DNA of 64,000 bases from an uncultured Acidobacteriota bacterium (lineage in GTDB: Bacteria > Acidobacteriota > Thermoanaerobaculia > Multivoradales > SZUA-115): positions 525,069-589,068 of the forward strand of contig CAWDVR010000004.1 of assembly GCA_963805975.1 (NCBI GenBank). Direction: 5' to 3'. Of the stretch, positions 20,481 to 29,220 are shown piece by piece. A model generated the notes under the pieces. That model had not been told where the DNA came from. It did not search any database and saw only the letters and a list, made by a program, of their open reading frames with translations. The translations under genes were made by a program, and so were the position numbers. Position 1 is the first letter of the stretch. Each line of letters opens with the position of its first letter.

Positions 20481-21077
20481 TCAACCCCTGCCCGGCTGCG
20501 GTTGGGGAAAGCCGTGCTCCAGTCGGAGGCGGTGGAAGGTGGTGAGAGCCACCACCGGGGCTCCCCGGTCGGGCACCACGTCCACGGCGCCGGCCGCGAG
20601 CGCGGCGGCGAACAGCGGCCGGAGGGCCCGTTCCATGGTGTTGACGCCGGGGCGGAGCGGGCTGATCTCGAGGCGCGTGGTGAGCCCCTCTCGCGCCAGG
20701 CTCGCCAGGGCAGAGAGAACGGACCTGGGGTCGGCGGCTCGCGGGTCCAGCCGGCGGGCGAGCTCGAGGTCAGCCGCCGGCAGGGAGAAGGTGAGGGTCA
20801 CGGCATGGTGCTGGTCGAGCTCGCGGAGCAGGGCGAGGTCGGCAAGCACCCGGGGCGAGCCGGTCAGCAGAGAGATCTCGCGGCCCTCGAAGGCGAGCAG
20901 GCCTTCGAGACGCCTGTGGGTTGCCTCCGCGAGCTCGGCCGTGCCGTAGTCGTCGGGCCGCAGGGCGGCGGGCCGACGTGCACTGGCCGGCGCCCGGAGG
21001 ACGGACCAGCGGGAGCTGAAGGGTGGAGCATCGAGGGGCAGCGCCGAAGAGTGAGACCAGAAGCCGACATCCGTCAT
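20481..21077 (-). CDS. hypothetical protein (possibly a truncated remnant)
   Basis: 198-aa ORF convergent with the TBDR. Loosely resembles C-terminal parts of larger enzymes and lacks recognisable N-terminal catalytic motifs. Low confidence that it is an intact gene. Confidence 0.3.
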   Translation of the reverse strand: MTDVGFWSHSSALPLDAPPFSSRWSVLRAPASARRPAALRPDDYGTAELAEATHRRLEGLLAFEGREISLLTGSPRVLADLALLRELDQHHAVTLTFSLPAADLELARRLDPRAADPRSVLSALASLAREGLTTRLEISPLRPGVNTMERALRPLFAAALAAGAVDVVPDRGAPVVALTTFHRLRLEHGFPQPQPGRG

Positions 21078-21165
21078 CTTACGCCTCGTTTCTATCTTTG
21101 TAGCGCTCTATTTACGCCCATCTCTCGAGCTTGTCAAGCTCCTCCCATGGATTAGGATCGTGCCC

Positions 21166-21990
21166 ATGCCCGAGCTGCCGGAGATCGAGGTTCTGAAGCG
21201 GAGCCTGGCGCCGCGCCTGACCGGGGAGGTGATCGAGCGCGTCGAGGTGCGCGACCGGCGGCTGCGGGAAGCGGTCCGCGGCGCCCACCTCGCCCGGACC
21301 ACCGCCGGGCGTGAGGTCGTCGGCCTGCGCCGGCGGGCCAAGTACCTGTTGATCGACCTCGCGGGCGGCCAGACCCTCGTCATCCACCTCGGCATGAGCG
21401 GGCGGCTGACACTGGTCGATGCCGGCGAGCCCCTCGAGCCCCACGAGCACCTGGCCTTCTTCCTCGCCTCCGGCCAGCGCCTGCGTTTCCGCGATCCGCG
21501 GCGCTTTGGGCTCGCCCTGGTAGTGCCCACGGAGAAGCTCACGAGCGACCGCAGGTTCCGGGGCCTGGGCATCGAGCCGCTCGAGGAAGGCTTCTCCGGG
21601 GAGACGCTGGCCGCGGCGGCCCGCCGCCGTCGCGGACCGGTCAAGAGCTTCCTGATGGACGGCAGGATCGTGGTAGGCGTCGGGAACATCTACGCCAGCG
21701 AGTCGCTCCACCTGGCGGGGATCCACCCGACGCGTTCCGTGGCCCGGATCTCGCTCCCGAGCTGGGGGCGTCTGGCCGAGGCGGTGAAGGCGATCCTGAA
21801 CCGGGCGATCGAGCAGGGCGGTACGACCTTGAACGACTTCGCGGACGGCGAGGGCAACTCCGGCTACTTCCAGGTCTCGCTCGGCGTCTACGACCGCGAG
21901 GGCGCGGCCTGCACGCGCTGTGGCCGGCTCGTGCGGCGCATCGTCCAGGCGGGCCGCAGCACGTACTACTGTCCCGGCTGCCAGCGCTAG
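21166..21990 (+). CDS. mutM: formamidopyrimidine-DNA glycosylase (Fpg/MutM)
   Basis: N-terminal MPELPEIE with catalytic Pro2. H2TH region. C-terminal zinc finger (CTRCG...YYCPGCQ). Confidence 0.9.
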   Translation: MPELPEIEVLKRSLAPRLTGEVIERVEVRDRRLREAVRGAHLARTTAGREVVGLRRRAKYLLIDLAGGQTLVIHLGMSGRLTLVDAGEPLEPHEHLAFFLASGQRLRFRDPRRFGLALVVPTEKLTSDRRFRGLGIEPLEEGFSGETLAAAARRRRGPVKSFLMDGRIVVGVGNIYASESLHLAGIHPTRSVARISLPSWGRLAEAVKAILNRAIEQGGTTLNDFADGEGNSGYFQVSLGVYDREGAACTRCGRLVRRIVQAGRSTYYCPGCQR

Positions 21991-22028
21991 TCGCAATACC
22001 GTTCACTGAAGCCTCTTTGCTCGTCATT

Positions 22029-22056
22029 CCCGCGAAAGCGGGGATGACGGCAGGAA
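22029..22056. terminator. GC-rich hairpin with GAAA tetraloop downstream of mutM (REP-like)
   Basis: CGTCATTCCCGC-GAAA-GCGGGGATGACG forms 12-bp arms with one U-G pair. Shares a GTCATYC motif with the repeat element at about 34.2 kb. Confidence 0.5.
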
Positions 22057-22143
22057 GCGAAGAGCTCGATTGGAGGACAGTCGCTCAGTGAACAGTGTTG
22101 GCGCTAGCCACGGGTACGGAAGGCCGGCGTACAATCCCTGGCC

Positions 22144-22791
22144 GTGAGCGCTTCCCCGGAAACCACCATGCGCCCCGTCGTCCTCGGCGTCGCCGGCGGC
22201 ACCGGCTCGGGCAAGACCACGGTGGTGCGGGAGATTCTCGCCGCGGTGGGCGCGGAGCGCATCGCCTTCCTCGAGCAGGACAGCTACTACCTCGACGTCG
22301 TGTGGGGGAGCGCCCAGGAGCTCAAGGCGCACAACTTCGATCACCCGGACTCGCTCGACAGCCCGCTGCTCACCGAGCACGTGCGTGCCTTGAAGGCGGG
22401 CCAGGCGGTCGAAGTGCCGATCTACGACTTCGTGATCCATCGCCGGCGGCAGGAAGCCCGCCGCGTGGAGCCGCGGCCGGTGGTGCTGCTCGAGGGCATT
22501 CTGCTCTTCGTGGAACGCGAGCTGCGCGACCTCCTGGACTTCAAGATCTACGTCGACACTGACTCGGACCTGCGGCTGATCCGGCGCCTGAAGCGCGACA
22601 TGCAGGAGCGCGGGCGGACGTCGGACGACATCCTGCGCCAGTACCTGGAGACCGTGCGGCCCATGCACCTCGAGTTCGTCGAGCCCTCGAAGCGCTGGGC
22701 GGACGTCATCATCCCCGAGGGCGGCGAGAACCAGGTCGCCCTCGACATGGTGGTGGCCCGGGTCGAGCAGCTGTTGGGCGCGGGGATGTAG
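22144..22791 (+). CDS. udk: uridine kinase
   Basis: P-loop (GVAGGTGSGKTT) plus uridine/cytidine kinase motifs (FDHPDSLD, DFKIYVDTDSDLRLIRRLKRD). The true start may be the internal Met MRPVVLGV. Confidence 0.9.
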   Translation: MSASPETTMRPVVLGVAGGTGSGKTTVVREILAAVGAERIAFLEQDSYYLDVVWGSAQELKAHNFDHPDSLDSPLLTEHVRALKAGQAVEVPIYDFVIHRRRQEARRVEPRPVVLLEGILLFVERELRDLLDFKIYVDTDSDLRLIRRLKRDMQERGRTSDDILRQYLETVRPMHLEFVEPSKRWADVIIPEGGENQVALDMVVARVEQLLGAGM

Positions 22792-22798
22792 CTTCCGG

Positions 22799-22828
22799 CC
22801 CCCTCGCCCCGCTTGCGGGGAGAGGGTT
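22799..22828. terminator. bidirectional intrinsic-terminator-like hairpin between convergent udk and a secreted-protein gene
   Basis: CCCTCGCCCCG-CTTG-CGGGGAGAGGG: 11-bp arms, 10 of 11 paired. No U-tract, consistent with a high-GC genome. Confidence 0.45.
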
Positions 22829-22846
22829 GGGGTGAGGGGCCTTCAG

Positions 22847-23353
22847 CTACTTCTTGAGCGCCACTGTGAGGCTCTTCGCGAGCGGCAGGCCCGGCACGGC
22901 CTCGAGCGGCTCCCAGGTCTCGACCCCCGCGGCATCCGGCCCGACTTTCATCCACCGCGCCTCGGCGAGCGTCACCTCGACTGTCATCTTGCCGTCCGCC
23001 GGCGCCGGCCGGCCGGTCTCGCTCGCCCAGAAGTTGTACAGCTTGAGCTCCGTGACCTGGCCCGGTGCGAGGGCTTGCAGGAACATCTGGTTGCGGTAGA
23101 CGGGGAGCTCGTGGCCGGCGGCCGTGACCTTGAAACGCAGCATCGAAGCCGGCTTGTCGCCCGCGTTCCGGAGCTTCAGGCGCAGGCGGCAGAGCGTCGT
23201 CGCGGTCGGCGCCGCGGGCTCGAGCACGATCTCCTCGATCGCCAGCGCCGAGACGGGCGGGGGCGGGGCCTGTGCCGCGCCCTGCGAGGTCCCGAAAAAG
23301 GCCAGCAGCACGGTGGCGAGCAGGACGGCGACGGCGGGTCGGTGGGCGTGCAT
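22847..23353 (-). CDS. secreted hypothetical protein (CARDB-like beta-sandwich?)
   Basis: Starts at MHAHRP with signal peptide (AVAVLLATVLLAFFGTSQGAAQA). 168 aa. The track ORF is extended upstream through antisense sequence. Confidence 0.55.
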   Translation of the reverse strand: MHAHRPAVAVLLATVLLAFFGTSQGAAQAPPPPVSALAIEEIVLEPAAPTATTLCRLRLKLRNAGDKPASMLRFKVTAAGHELPVYRNQMFLQALAPGQVTELKLYNFWASETGRPAPADGKMTVEVTLAEARWMKVGPDAAGVETWEPLEAVPGLPLAKSLTVALKK

Positions 23354-23404
23354 CGGTGGGATCTTACCCGCTTTGAGAGGCGCCGCGGCTGCTAGCATGG
23401 CGCG

Positions 23405-24085
23405 ATGAAGGAAGGCATCGGATCGATCCTCCGCCCCGCGCAGGAGCGCTACCTGGAGCGGCTGCTGCCGCCTCGCCAGGCGCTCCTGGCCGAGATGGAG
23501 GCGCACGCGGCCCGCGAGGAGGTGCCGATCTCCGACCCGGAGGTCGGGCGCCTCCTCGAGGTGCTGGCCCGCGGCCGCGGCGCGAGGCGCATCGTCGAGG
23601 TCGGCACGGCGATCGGCTACGGCACGCTCTGCCTGGCCCGGGGCGCGCCCGAGGCGAGAGTGCTGTCGATCGACAACGATCCGGCGCGCCTCGCCCTGGC
23701 GCGCGGCTATCTGGAACGAGCCGGAGTGATGGAGCGGGTCGAGCTGGTCGAGGGCACGGCGCTCGAGGTACTGCCGAACCTGGCACCGGGGATCGACCTC
23801 GCCTACGTGGACGCGGTCAAGACCGAGTACCGGCGCTACCTCGACCTGCTCCTGCCGAACCTCGCGGTGGGCGGGCTGATCGTCTTCGACAACCTGCTGT
23901 GGAAGGGCTGGATCGCCGAGCCGCCGGACGAGGAGGAAGACGACTCGACCCGCGCGCTCCGCGCCTTCAACGGCTACTTGATGTCGCATCCGCAGCTCGC
24001 GGCGGTGCTGCTGCCTCTGGGCGATGGTGTGGGCCTCGCCACCAAGACCCGCCCGCTCATGACCGAGCTGGGCGGCCCCTGGTAG
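23405..24085 (+). CDS. class I SAM-dependent O-methyltransferase (caffeoyl-CoA OMT family 3)
   Basis: SAM-binding motifs (IVEVGTAIGYGTL, LSIDNDP, DLAYVDAVKTEY, GGLIVFDN). Confidence 0.85.
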   Translation: MKEGIGSILRPAQERYLERLLPPRQALLAEMEAHAAREEVPISDPEVGRLLEVLARGRGARRIVEVGTAIGYGTLCLARGAPEARVLSIDNDPARLALARGYLERAGVMERVELVEGTALEVLPNLAPGIDLAYVDAVKTEYRRYLDLLLPNLAVGGLIVFDNLLWKGWIAEPPDEEEDDSTRALRAFNGYLMSHPQLAAVLLPLGDGVGLATKTRPLMTELGGPW

Positions 24086-24150
24086 CGCGCCTGAGATCTG
24101 CTGCGTGGTCGAACTGCTGCGCTGCTGGTTTCCTGCACTAGCTCGCTACG

Positions 24151-25527
24151 CTAGCGCGGCGAGTCGGCGCGGGCGCCGACGTCGCTCGCCCGCATGCGGT
24201 GCGTGACCTCGCGCATCAGCGCCACCGTGACCTGCTCGGCGACGGCGGCCTCGCGGAACAGCAGCACGGCGGCCAAGGCCTCGCGCTCGATGTCCAGCGC
24301 CTGGAAGATCGGCAGCACCTCTTCGGCGATCTGCCGGATCTCGGCGCTCCTGCCCTGGCGGGCGTAGACCTCGGCAAGGTCGAGCGACACCGCGGCCGCC
24401 TGGGCGCTGAGGCCCTGCGCCACGAAGCCGCTGCGTGCGCGTTCCAGGCAAGCCTCGGCCTGCTGTTCCTGGCCCAGGCCGCCGGCGATGATCCCCTGCA
24501 CCCAGAGGCGCTTCTGCCGGAGTAGAGGGTCGGCGTAGATCTCGTAGAGCTCGCGGCTCTTGCTGAACAAGGCCCGCGCTTCCATGAAGCGTCCGGCGTC
24601 GGCAAGGTATTGGATGAGGTTGTGCGCGGTGCCGAGCGCCAGCCGGGGCTCGCGTTCCAAGTCCAGGAGCTTCATCGCCCCTTGCAGGGTGGAGATCGCG
24701 CGCTCGGGATCGCAGCGCTCGCGGTGGAGGTTGGCGAGGACCACCATGGCCCGGCCTGCGAGGTGGGGGTCGCCTACCCTGCGAAACGAGGCGATGGCGC
24801 GCCGCAGCAGCGGCTCCACCTCGTCCAGGCGCCGCTGGTAGAGATGGAGAGTGGCACGGCGCTGGAGATAGAGCGCCCACTCCACCGGGTCCTCGGTGCC
24901 GGTTGCCAGCAGCTCGCCGGCGCGATCGAAGGCTTCCTCGGCCCCTTGGAGGTCGGTCGCGAGACGCCGGCAGTTGCCGATGTGGACCCAGCAGCGCCCC
25001 AGGAGATCGTTGAGGATCGGCGCCTGGTAGAGCGGCGGCTCGAACCGCTCGGCGATGGCGAGGGCCAAGGTGGCGAGATCCTCGGCATGGCGGGGGTCCG
25101 TGGACCAGGCCTGAGAGCAGCGCTCGATCAGGTGCTGGGCAAGTCCCCAGCTCTGGTAACGCCGGGTGTTGCGAACCAAGACCTGCTGCCGCGCCGGAGG
25201 GTGCCGCACGAGGTCGGTGTAGAGGAAGGGAGCTTGCTCGCGCTCGCGCTCCAGGCTCTCTTGCCGCTCCGCCAGCATCTCGAGGCTCTTGGCGATCGCC
25301 GACTCGTAGATGTGGCTCTCGGCAACCGGATTTTCCGCCGGCGCCTCGTTGCCGAGCCGGGAGAGGAGGTCCGCGGTCACGGCGCGCCCCTGCGCCGTCG
25401 CCTCCACCTGCTCGCGGCACGTGGGGCAGTGGAACAGGTGCCAGCCCACCTGCACCTTCTCGCGGCGGCCGAGCCGGCCGGAGGCGAAGCGATCCAGGAA
25501 GTCCGGGTCAGGGTGTTCCCTGGGCAT
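24151..25527 (-). CDS. zf-HC2 (anti-sigma-like zinc finger) plus TPR-like repeat protein
   Basis: N-terminal HCPTCREQ putative zinc-finger motif, then about 400 aa of helical TPR-like repeats. No adjacent ECF sigma gene. Confidence 0.55.
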   Translation of the reverse strand: MPREHPDPDFLDRFASGRLGRREKVQVGWHLFHCPTCREQVEATAQGRAVTADLLSRLGNEAPAENPVAESHIYESAIAKSLEMLAERQESLEREREQAPFLYTDLVRHPPARQQVLVRNTRRYQSWGLAQHLIERCSQAWSTDPRHAEDLATLALAIAERFEPPLYQAPILNDLLGRCWVHIGNCRRLATDLQGAEEAFDRAGELLATGTEDPVEWALYLQRRATLHLYQRRLDEVEPLLRRAIASFRRVGDPHLAGRAMVVLANLHRERCDPERAISTLQGAMKLLDLEREPRLALGTAHNLIQYLADAGRFMEARALFSKSRELYEIYADPLLRQKRLWVQGIIAGGLGQEQQAEACLERARSGFVAQGLSAQAAAVSLDLAEVYARQGRSAEIRQIAEEVLPIFQALDIEREALAAVLLFREAAVAEQVTVALMREVTHRMRASDVGARADSPR

Positions 25528-25697
25528 TCAGGCTCCGTATCATCGCTTCAGGATACATCTTCTCCCTCGCGATTGAGAAGGCCGCGATGCAAAGGCATCA
25601 CGCACCGAGATCCATCGTGTTCGACGGCGCATTATACGCGCCTTCCCATTTTAAGCCAGCCGCAACTGCTTGCTGGGCTGAAGCACTGCTCTTCTTC

Positions 25698-25985
25698 TTA
25701 CGGTGCAACCCCTCCGAAGTTGGGGCTGACAGTCTGCCTCTCGACGTCGTCGGGGTGCAGGGGCACCGAGTCGTCCGGGTTCCAGGTGCTCCCGATCTTC
25801 GAGCGGTCGTCCTGGAGCCAGCGTCCGACGGGCGACTCGAGCACCCAGGCCATCACGAGCTCCCAGAGGCCGGACTCGAAGGCCGGCCGGCGGGGGGCGG
25901 CCCAGGCCGGTGCGGCCACTGCGACGCAAAGCGCGATCACCAGCGAACCGGCGATCAGTTGACGAGTCGACGAATGCATGGACAT
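25698..25985 (-). CDS. small secreted hypothetical protein
   Basis: Starts at MSMHSS with signal peptide (LIAGSLVIALCVAVAAPAWA). 95 aa. Confidence 0.4.
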   Translation of the reverse strand: MSMHSSTRQLIAGSLVIALCVAVAAPAWAAPRRPAFESGLWELVMAWVLESPVGRWLQDDRSKIGSTWNPDDSVPLHPDDVERQTVSPNFGGVAP

Positions 25986-26243
25986 CGGTGCTCTCCTCAG
26001 GTTCGGGCCCAGATTGGGCGAGTAGGTCTGTCCCACTGCCATTCTCCCCTTTTGAGCCGCTCCGAGCCCTCGGTGGGCCTGACGGCATTGCTGGGCGCAG
26101 ACATTCTCGGGCGGCAACCACTCGGAGGAGTATAAATCTTTCAGTTACTGCAGAAAGAGCAGAAGCCAACTGAGACATGATGAGCCCTCAACTAGTGAGG
26201 AGACACCAAGGGGCCAATTAGTGACAAACCGGGATCGATTAGC

Positions 26244-26924
26244 GTGTTTCATCGCGATGATAGACTGCGCCGTCTAATGCTCGTCACCGCTCCCGCCAAG
26301 ACCCGGATCTCCGAAAGCCTCGCCCGGGCGCCGGTCATCGGCGTCGTCCGCGCTGCCTCGTTCGAGGAAGGGCGGGCCCAGGCGGAGGCATTTCTCGATT
26401 CCGGCCTCGAGCTCGTGGAGATCACTTTCACGGTGCCGCGGGCGACCGCCTTGGTGGCCGAGCTCTTGGCCAGGCGGGTCGAAGGCCCCCCCTGGATCGG
26501 GATGGGGACGGTGACCAACCCGAGCCGGGTCGCCGCGGCCGTGGCTGCGGGCGCGGAGTTCCTGGTGAGCCCCAACGCGGGCCGGGAGCTGCTCGCGGCG
26601 GCGCGGGAGAGCGAGCTGTTTCTGGTCGCCGGGGCGCTGACCCCCACCGAGATCGTGGCGGCGAGCGAGGGCGGCGCCGACCTGGTCAAGGTCTACCCAC
26701 TGCCGCCGGTGGGCGGGGCCGGCTATCTGGCGACGATCCGCCAGCCGCTGGGAGATATCGCGATGCTGGCCGCCGGCGGCTTCGGAGTGGACGAGATCCC
26801 CGCCTACCGCCGGGCGGGTGCCGTTGCCTTCGGTCTGGGCTCGCCGCTCCTCGGGGCCGATCGGGAGGAGACGCGGCGGCGCGTCTCGCGCGCCCTCGAG
26901 CTGGCGCGCGGAGAGGAGGCTTGA
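26244..26924 (+). CDS. eda: KDPG/KHG aldolase (2-dehydro-3-deoxyphosphogluconate / 4-hydroxy-2-oxoglutarate aldolase)
   Basis: Family motifs (PVIGVVR, VEITFTVP, GAEFLVSPN, DLVKVYPLPPVGGAGYL). About 215-226 aa. Confidence 0.8.
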   Translation: MFHRDDRLRRLMLVTAPAKTRISESLARAPVIGVVRAASFEEGRAQAEAFLDSGLELVEITFTVPRATALVAELLARRVEGPPWIGMGTVTNPSRVAAAVAAGAEFLVSPNAGRELLAAARESELFLVAGALTPTEIVAASEGGADLVKVYPLPPVGGAGYLATIRQPLGDIAMLAAGGFGVDEIPAYRRAGAVAFGLGSPLLGADREETRRRVSRALELARGEEA

Positions 26925-27343
26925 TGAGCACGACGACACCCCCTCGGCACGTGGTCTTCGACGCCACGCCCGAGATCTTTGCCAGCGACAGCAACGGCAG
27001 CTTCTCGTTTCCGCTGGTGGTGAGCGGCAACGCCGTGATCCCTTCCAGCGACTATGACGAGGCCCGCTTCGTGGTCTCGATCTGGCATCCTTCCGGCCAG
27101 CGCTCGATCGATCTCGACCGCGCCTACGTCGAGCTGCGCGCCTGCTTCGATCAGGAAGACCAGCATTGGATCAAGCTCGCCGAGATCGAGCCGGTGGTCC
27201 CTCCCTACTCCGGCGGCGAGAGCTTCGACGGCTGGGTGGTGCTGCCGGTGATGGCGGCCGAGAGTTCCTTCGCCGTGGTCGGCAGCGGCTTCGACTCGCG
27301 GGCGCGGGTCCAGGTGCGGGCGAGCGTCTACCTCGTGGCGTAA
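26921..27343 (+). CDS. hypothetical protein
   Basis: 140-aa ORF with start overlapping the eda stop (ATGA). No recognisable family. Confidence 0.45.
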   Translation: MMSTTTPPRHVVFDATPEIFASDSNGSFSFPLVVSGNAVIPSSDYDEARFVVSIWHPSGQRSIDLDRAYVELRACFDQEDQHWIKLAEIEPVVPPYSGGESFDGWVVLPVMAAESSFAVVGSGFDSRARVQVRASVYLVA

Positions 27344-27366
27344 GGCGCGGCGGGGACGAGCGGCGA

Positions 27367-28590
27367 ATGGACCACCTGCAGCTCCTCTCCCGCCTGGCGC
27401 AGCCGGCCGGGACCAAGCTCGTCCTGCTGATCCTGGACGGCGTCGGCGACATCCGTACCGAAGAGCAGCCAGAGACCGCGCTCGAGCAGGCGCACCTCCC
27501 CAACCTCGACGCGCTCGCGGCGCGTTCCGCCTTGGGCCGCATCGTGCCCGTGGCCACCGGCATCACGCCGGGAAGCGGCCCCGGGCACCTGGCGCTCTTC
27601 GGCTACGACCCTCTCTCCACCACAGCCGACATCGGCCGCGGGGTGCTCGAGGCCCTGGGCTCGGGCCTGTTCCTCGGACCGGGCGAGGTCGCGGTGCGCG
27701 GCAACTTCGCCACCGCGGACGCCGCCGGGAACCTCACCGACCGGCGCGCCGGTCGCATCCCCACCGCGGAGTGCGTTCGCCTGGTGGAGCGGATGCGGGA
27801 GGCGATCGCCGCCCGGCCGGTCCCCGGCCTCGATGTCCTGATCGAGCCCGGTGAAGGGCACCGCTTCGTGCTCGTGCTCCGCGGGACCGGGCTCTCGGCC
27901 GAGGTCTCCGATACCGATCCGCAGCAGCTCGGGGTGCCGCCGCTCCCGCCGGAGCCGCTGGTGCCCGAGGCCGCCTCCACGGTCGAGCGGCTGCGCCAGG
28001 CCCTGCCGGTGCTCGAGGCGGCGATCGCCGGCGAGCCCAGGGCCAACCGGTTGCTGCTGCGCGGCTTCTCGGTCCTCCCTCACCTGCCGCAGATGAACGA
28101 GCTCTACCAGATGCGGCTGGGGGCGTTTGCCGGCTACCCGCTCTACCGCGGAGTGGCCGGCGCCTGCGGCATGGCGGTGGTGCCCTGCGGCAAGCGTATC
28201 GGCGAGATCCTGGACACGGTGGCCGAGCACTGGGACGGCTTCGATTTCTTCTTCCTGCACGTCAAGCAGACGGATCAGGCCGGCGAGGACGGTAACCTGG
28301 CGGCCAAGGTCGAGGTGCTGGAGGAGGTCGACGCCGCCTTGCCGCGCCTCCTCGCCCTGGGGCCGGACGTCCTCGCGGTGACCGGCGACCATTCGACGCC
28401 GGCGCCGCTCAAAGCGCATAGCTGGCACCCGGTGCCGCTCCTCCTTTTTTCGGCCGTCTGCTTTCGCGACGACGTGAGCGACTTTTCGGAGCGGACCTGT
28501 GCCGCAGGCCACCTGGGCACCTTCCCTTCGCGCGAGCTGGTGGGCCTGATGCTGGCCAACGGGGGACGGCTCAAGAAGTTCGGCGCCTGA
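27367..28590 (+). CDS. apgM: cofactor-independent phosphoglycerate mutase, archaeal type
   Basis: COG3635-type motifs (LVLLILDGVGD, GITPGSGPGHLALFGYDP, HVKQTDQAGEDGN, TGDHSTP). Start at MDHLQLL. The track ORF 27166-28590 is extended upstream. Confidence 0.8.
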   Translation: MDHLQLLSRLAQPAGTKLVLLILDGVGDIRTEEQPETALEQAHLPNLDALAARSALGRIVPVATGITPGSGPGHLALFGYDPLSTTADIGRGVLEALGSGLFLGPGEVAVRGNFATADAAGNLTDRRAGRIPTAECVRLVERMREAIAARPVPGLDVLIEPGEGHRFVLVLRGTGLSAEVSDTDPQQLGVPPLPPEPLVPEAASTVERLRQALPVLEAAIAGEPRANRLLLRGFSVLPHLPQMNELYQMRLGAFAGYPLYRGVAGACGMAVVPCGKRIGEILDTVAEHWDGFDFFFLHVKQTDQAGEDGNLAAKVEVLEEVDAALPRLLALGPDVLAVTGDHSTPAPLKAHSWHPVPLLLFSAVCFRDDVSDFSERTCAAGHLGTFPSRELVGLMLANGGRLKKFGA

Positions 28591-28640
28591 GGCTTGGTAT
28601 CATTGACTTCCTGGACCGTCTTGGCCCCCTGGAGGGCTTC

Positions 28641-29201
28641 TTGGCAGAAATGAGTGAGGCTACGGAGAAGAAGCTGTCTCTCGATCTCGACGGCACCGTC
28701 CTGGAGCTGGTCGAGGGGGACATCAGCGACCTCGACATCGAGGCCGTGGTCAACCCTGCCAACGAGTCGCTGAAGCTCGGCACGGGGGTGGCCGGGGCGA
28801 TCAAGAAGCGCGGCGGCCCCTCCATCCAGGAAGAGTGCGACCGCATCGGCGGCACGCCGGTCGGCACCGCGGTGATGACCGGCGCCGGCAAGCTCAAGGC
28901 CAAGCGGGTGATCCACGCCGTGGGCCCGCGCATAGGAGACGGCGACGAGGATCGGAAGCTCGCCGCGGCGGTGCGCGCCTCCCTGGCCCTCGCGGACCGC
29001 AACGGTCTGCGCTCGATCGCCCTGCCGGCGATCTCCGCGGGCAACTTCGGTTTCCCCATCGACCGCGCCGCCCGCATCATGCTGACCGAGATCCACCGTT
29101 ACCTCCAGGGCGGCACCAAGCTCGAGCGGGTCGTGGTCTGCCTGTGGGGCGACGAGGCTTTCGACACCTTCCGCCGCGAGCTGCGGCGGGGGTTCCGTTG
29201 A
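28641..29201 (+). CDS. macro-domain protein (ADP-ribose binding / O-acetyl-ADP-ribose deacetylase-like)
   Basis: Macro-domain motifs (VVNPANESLKLGTGVAGAI, IALPAISAGNFGFP). 186 aa. Confidence 0.85.
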   Translation: MAEMSEATEKKLSLDLDGTVLELVEGDISDLDIEAVVNPANESLKLGTGVAGAIKKRGGPSIQEECDRIGGTPVGTAVMTGAGKLKAKRVIHAVGPRIGDGDEDRKLAAAVRASLALADRNGLRSIALPAISAGNFGFPIDRAARIMLTEIHRYLQGGTKLERVVVCLWGDEAFDTFRRELRRGFR

Positions 29202-29220
29202 AGCTCTCCGGGCCCGGCTC

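Noticed and set aside
22847-23989. 380-aa version of the secreted protein gene
   Set aside because: The upstream 210 aa lack features and overlap antisense ORFs. The signal peptide begins at the internal Met (MHAHRP), so the gene is 22847-23353.
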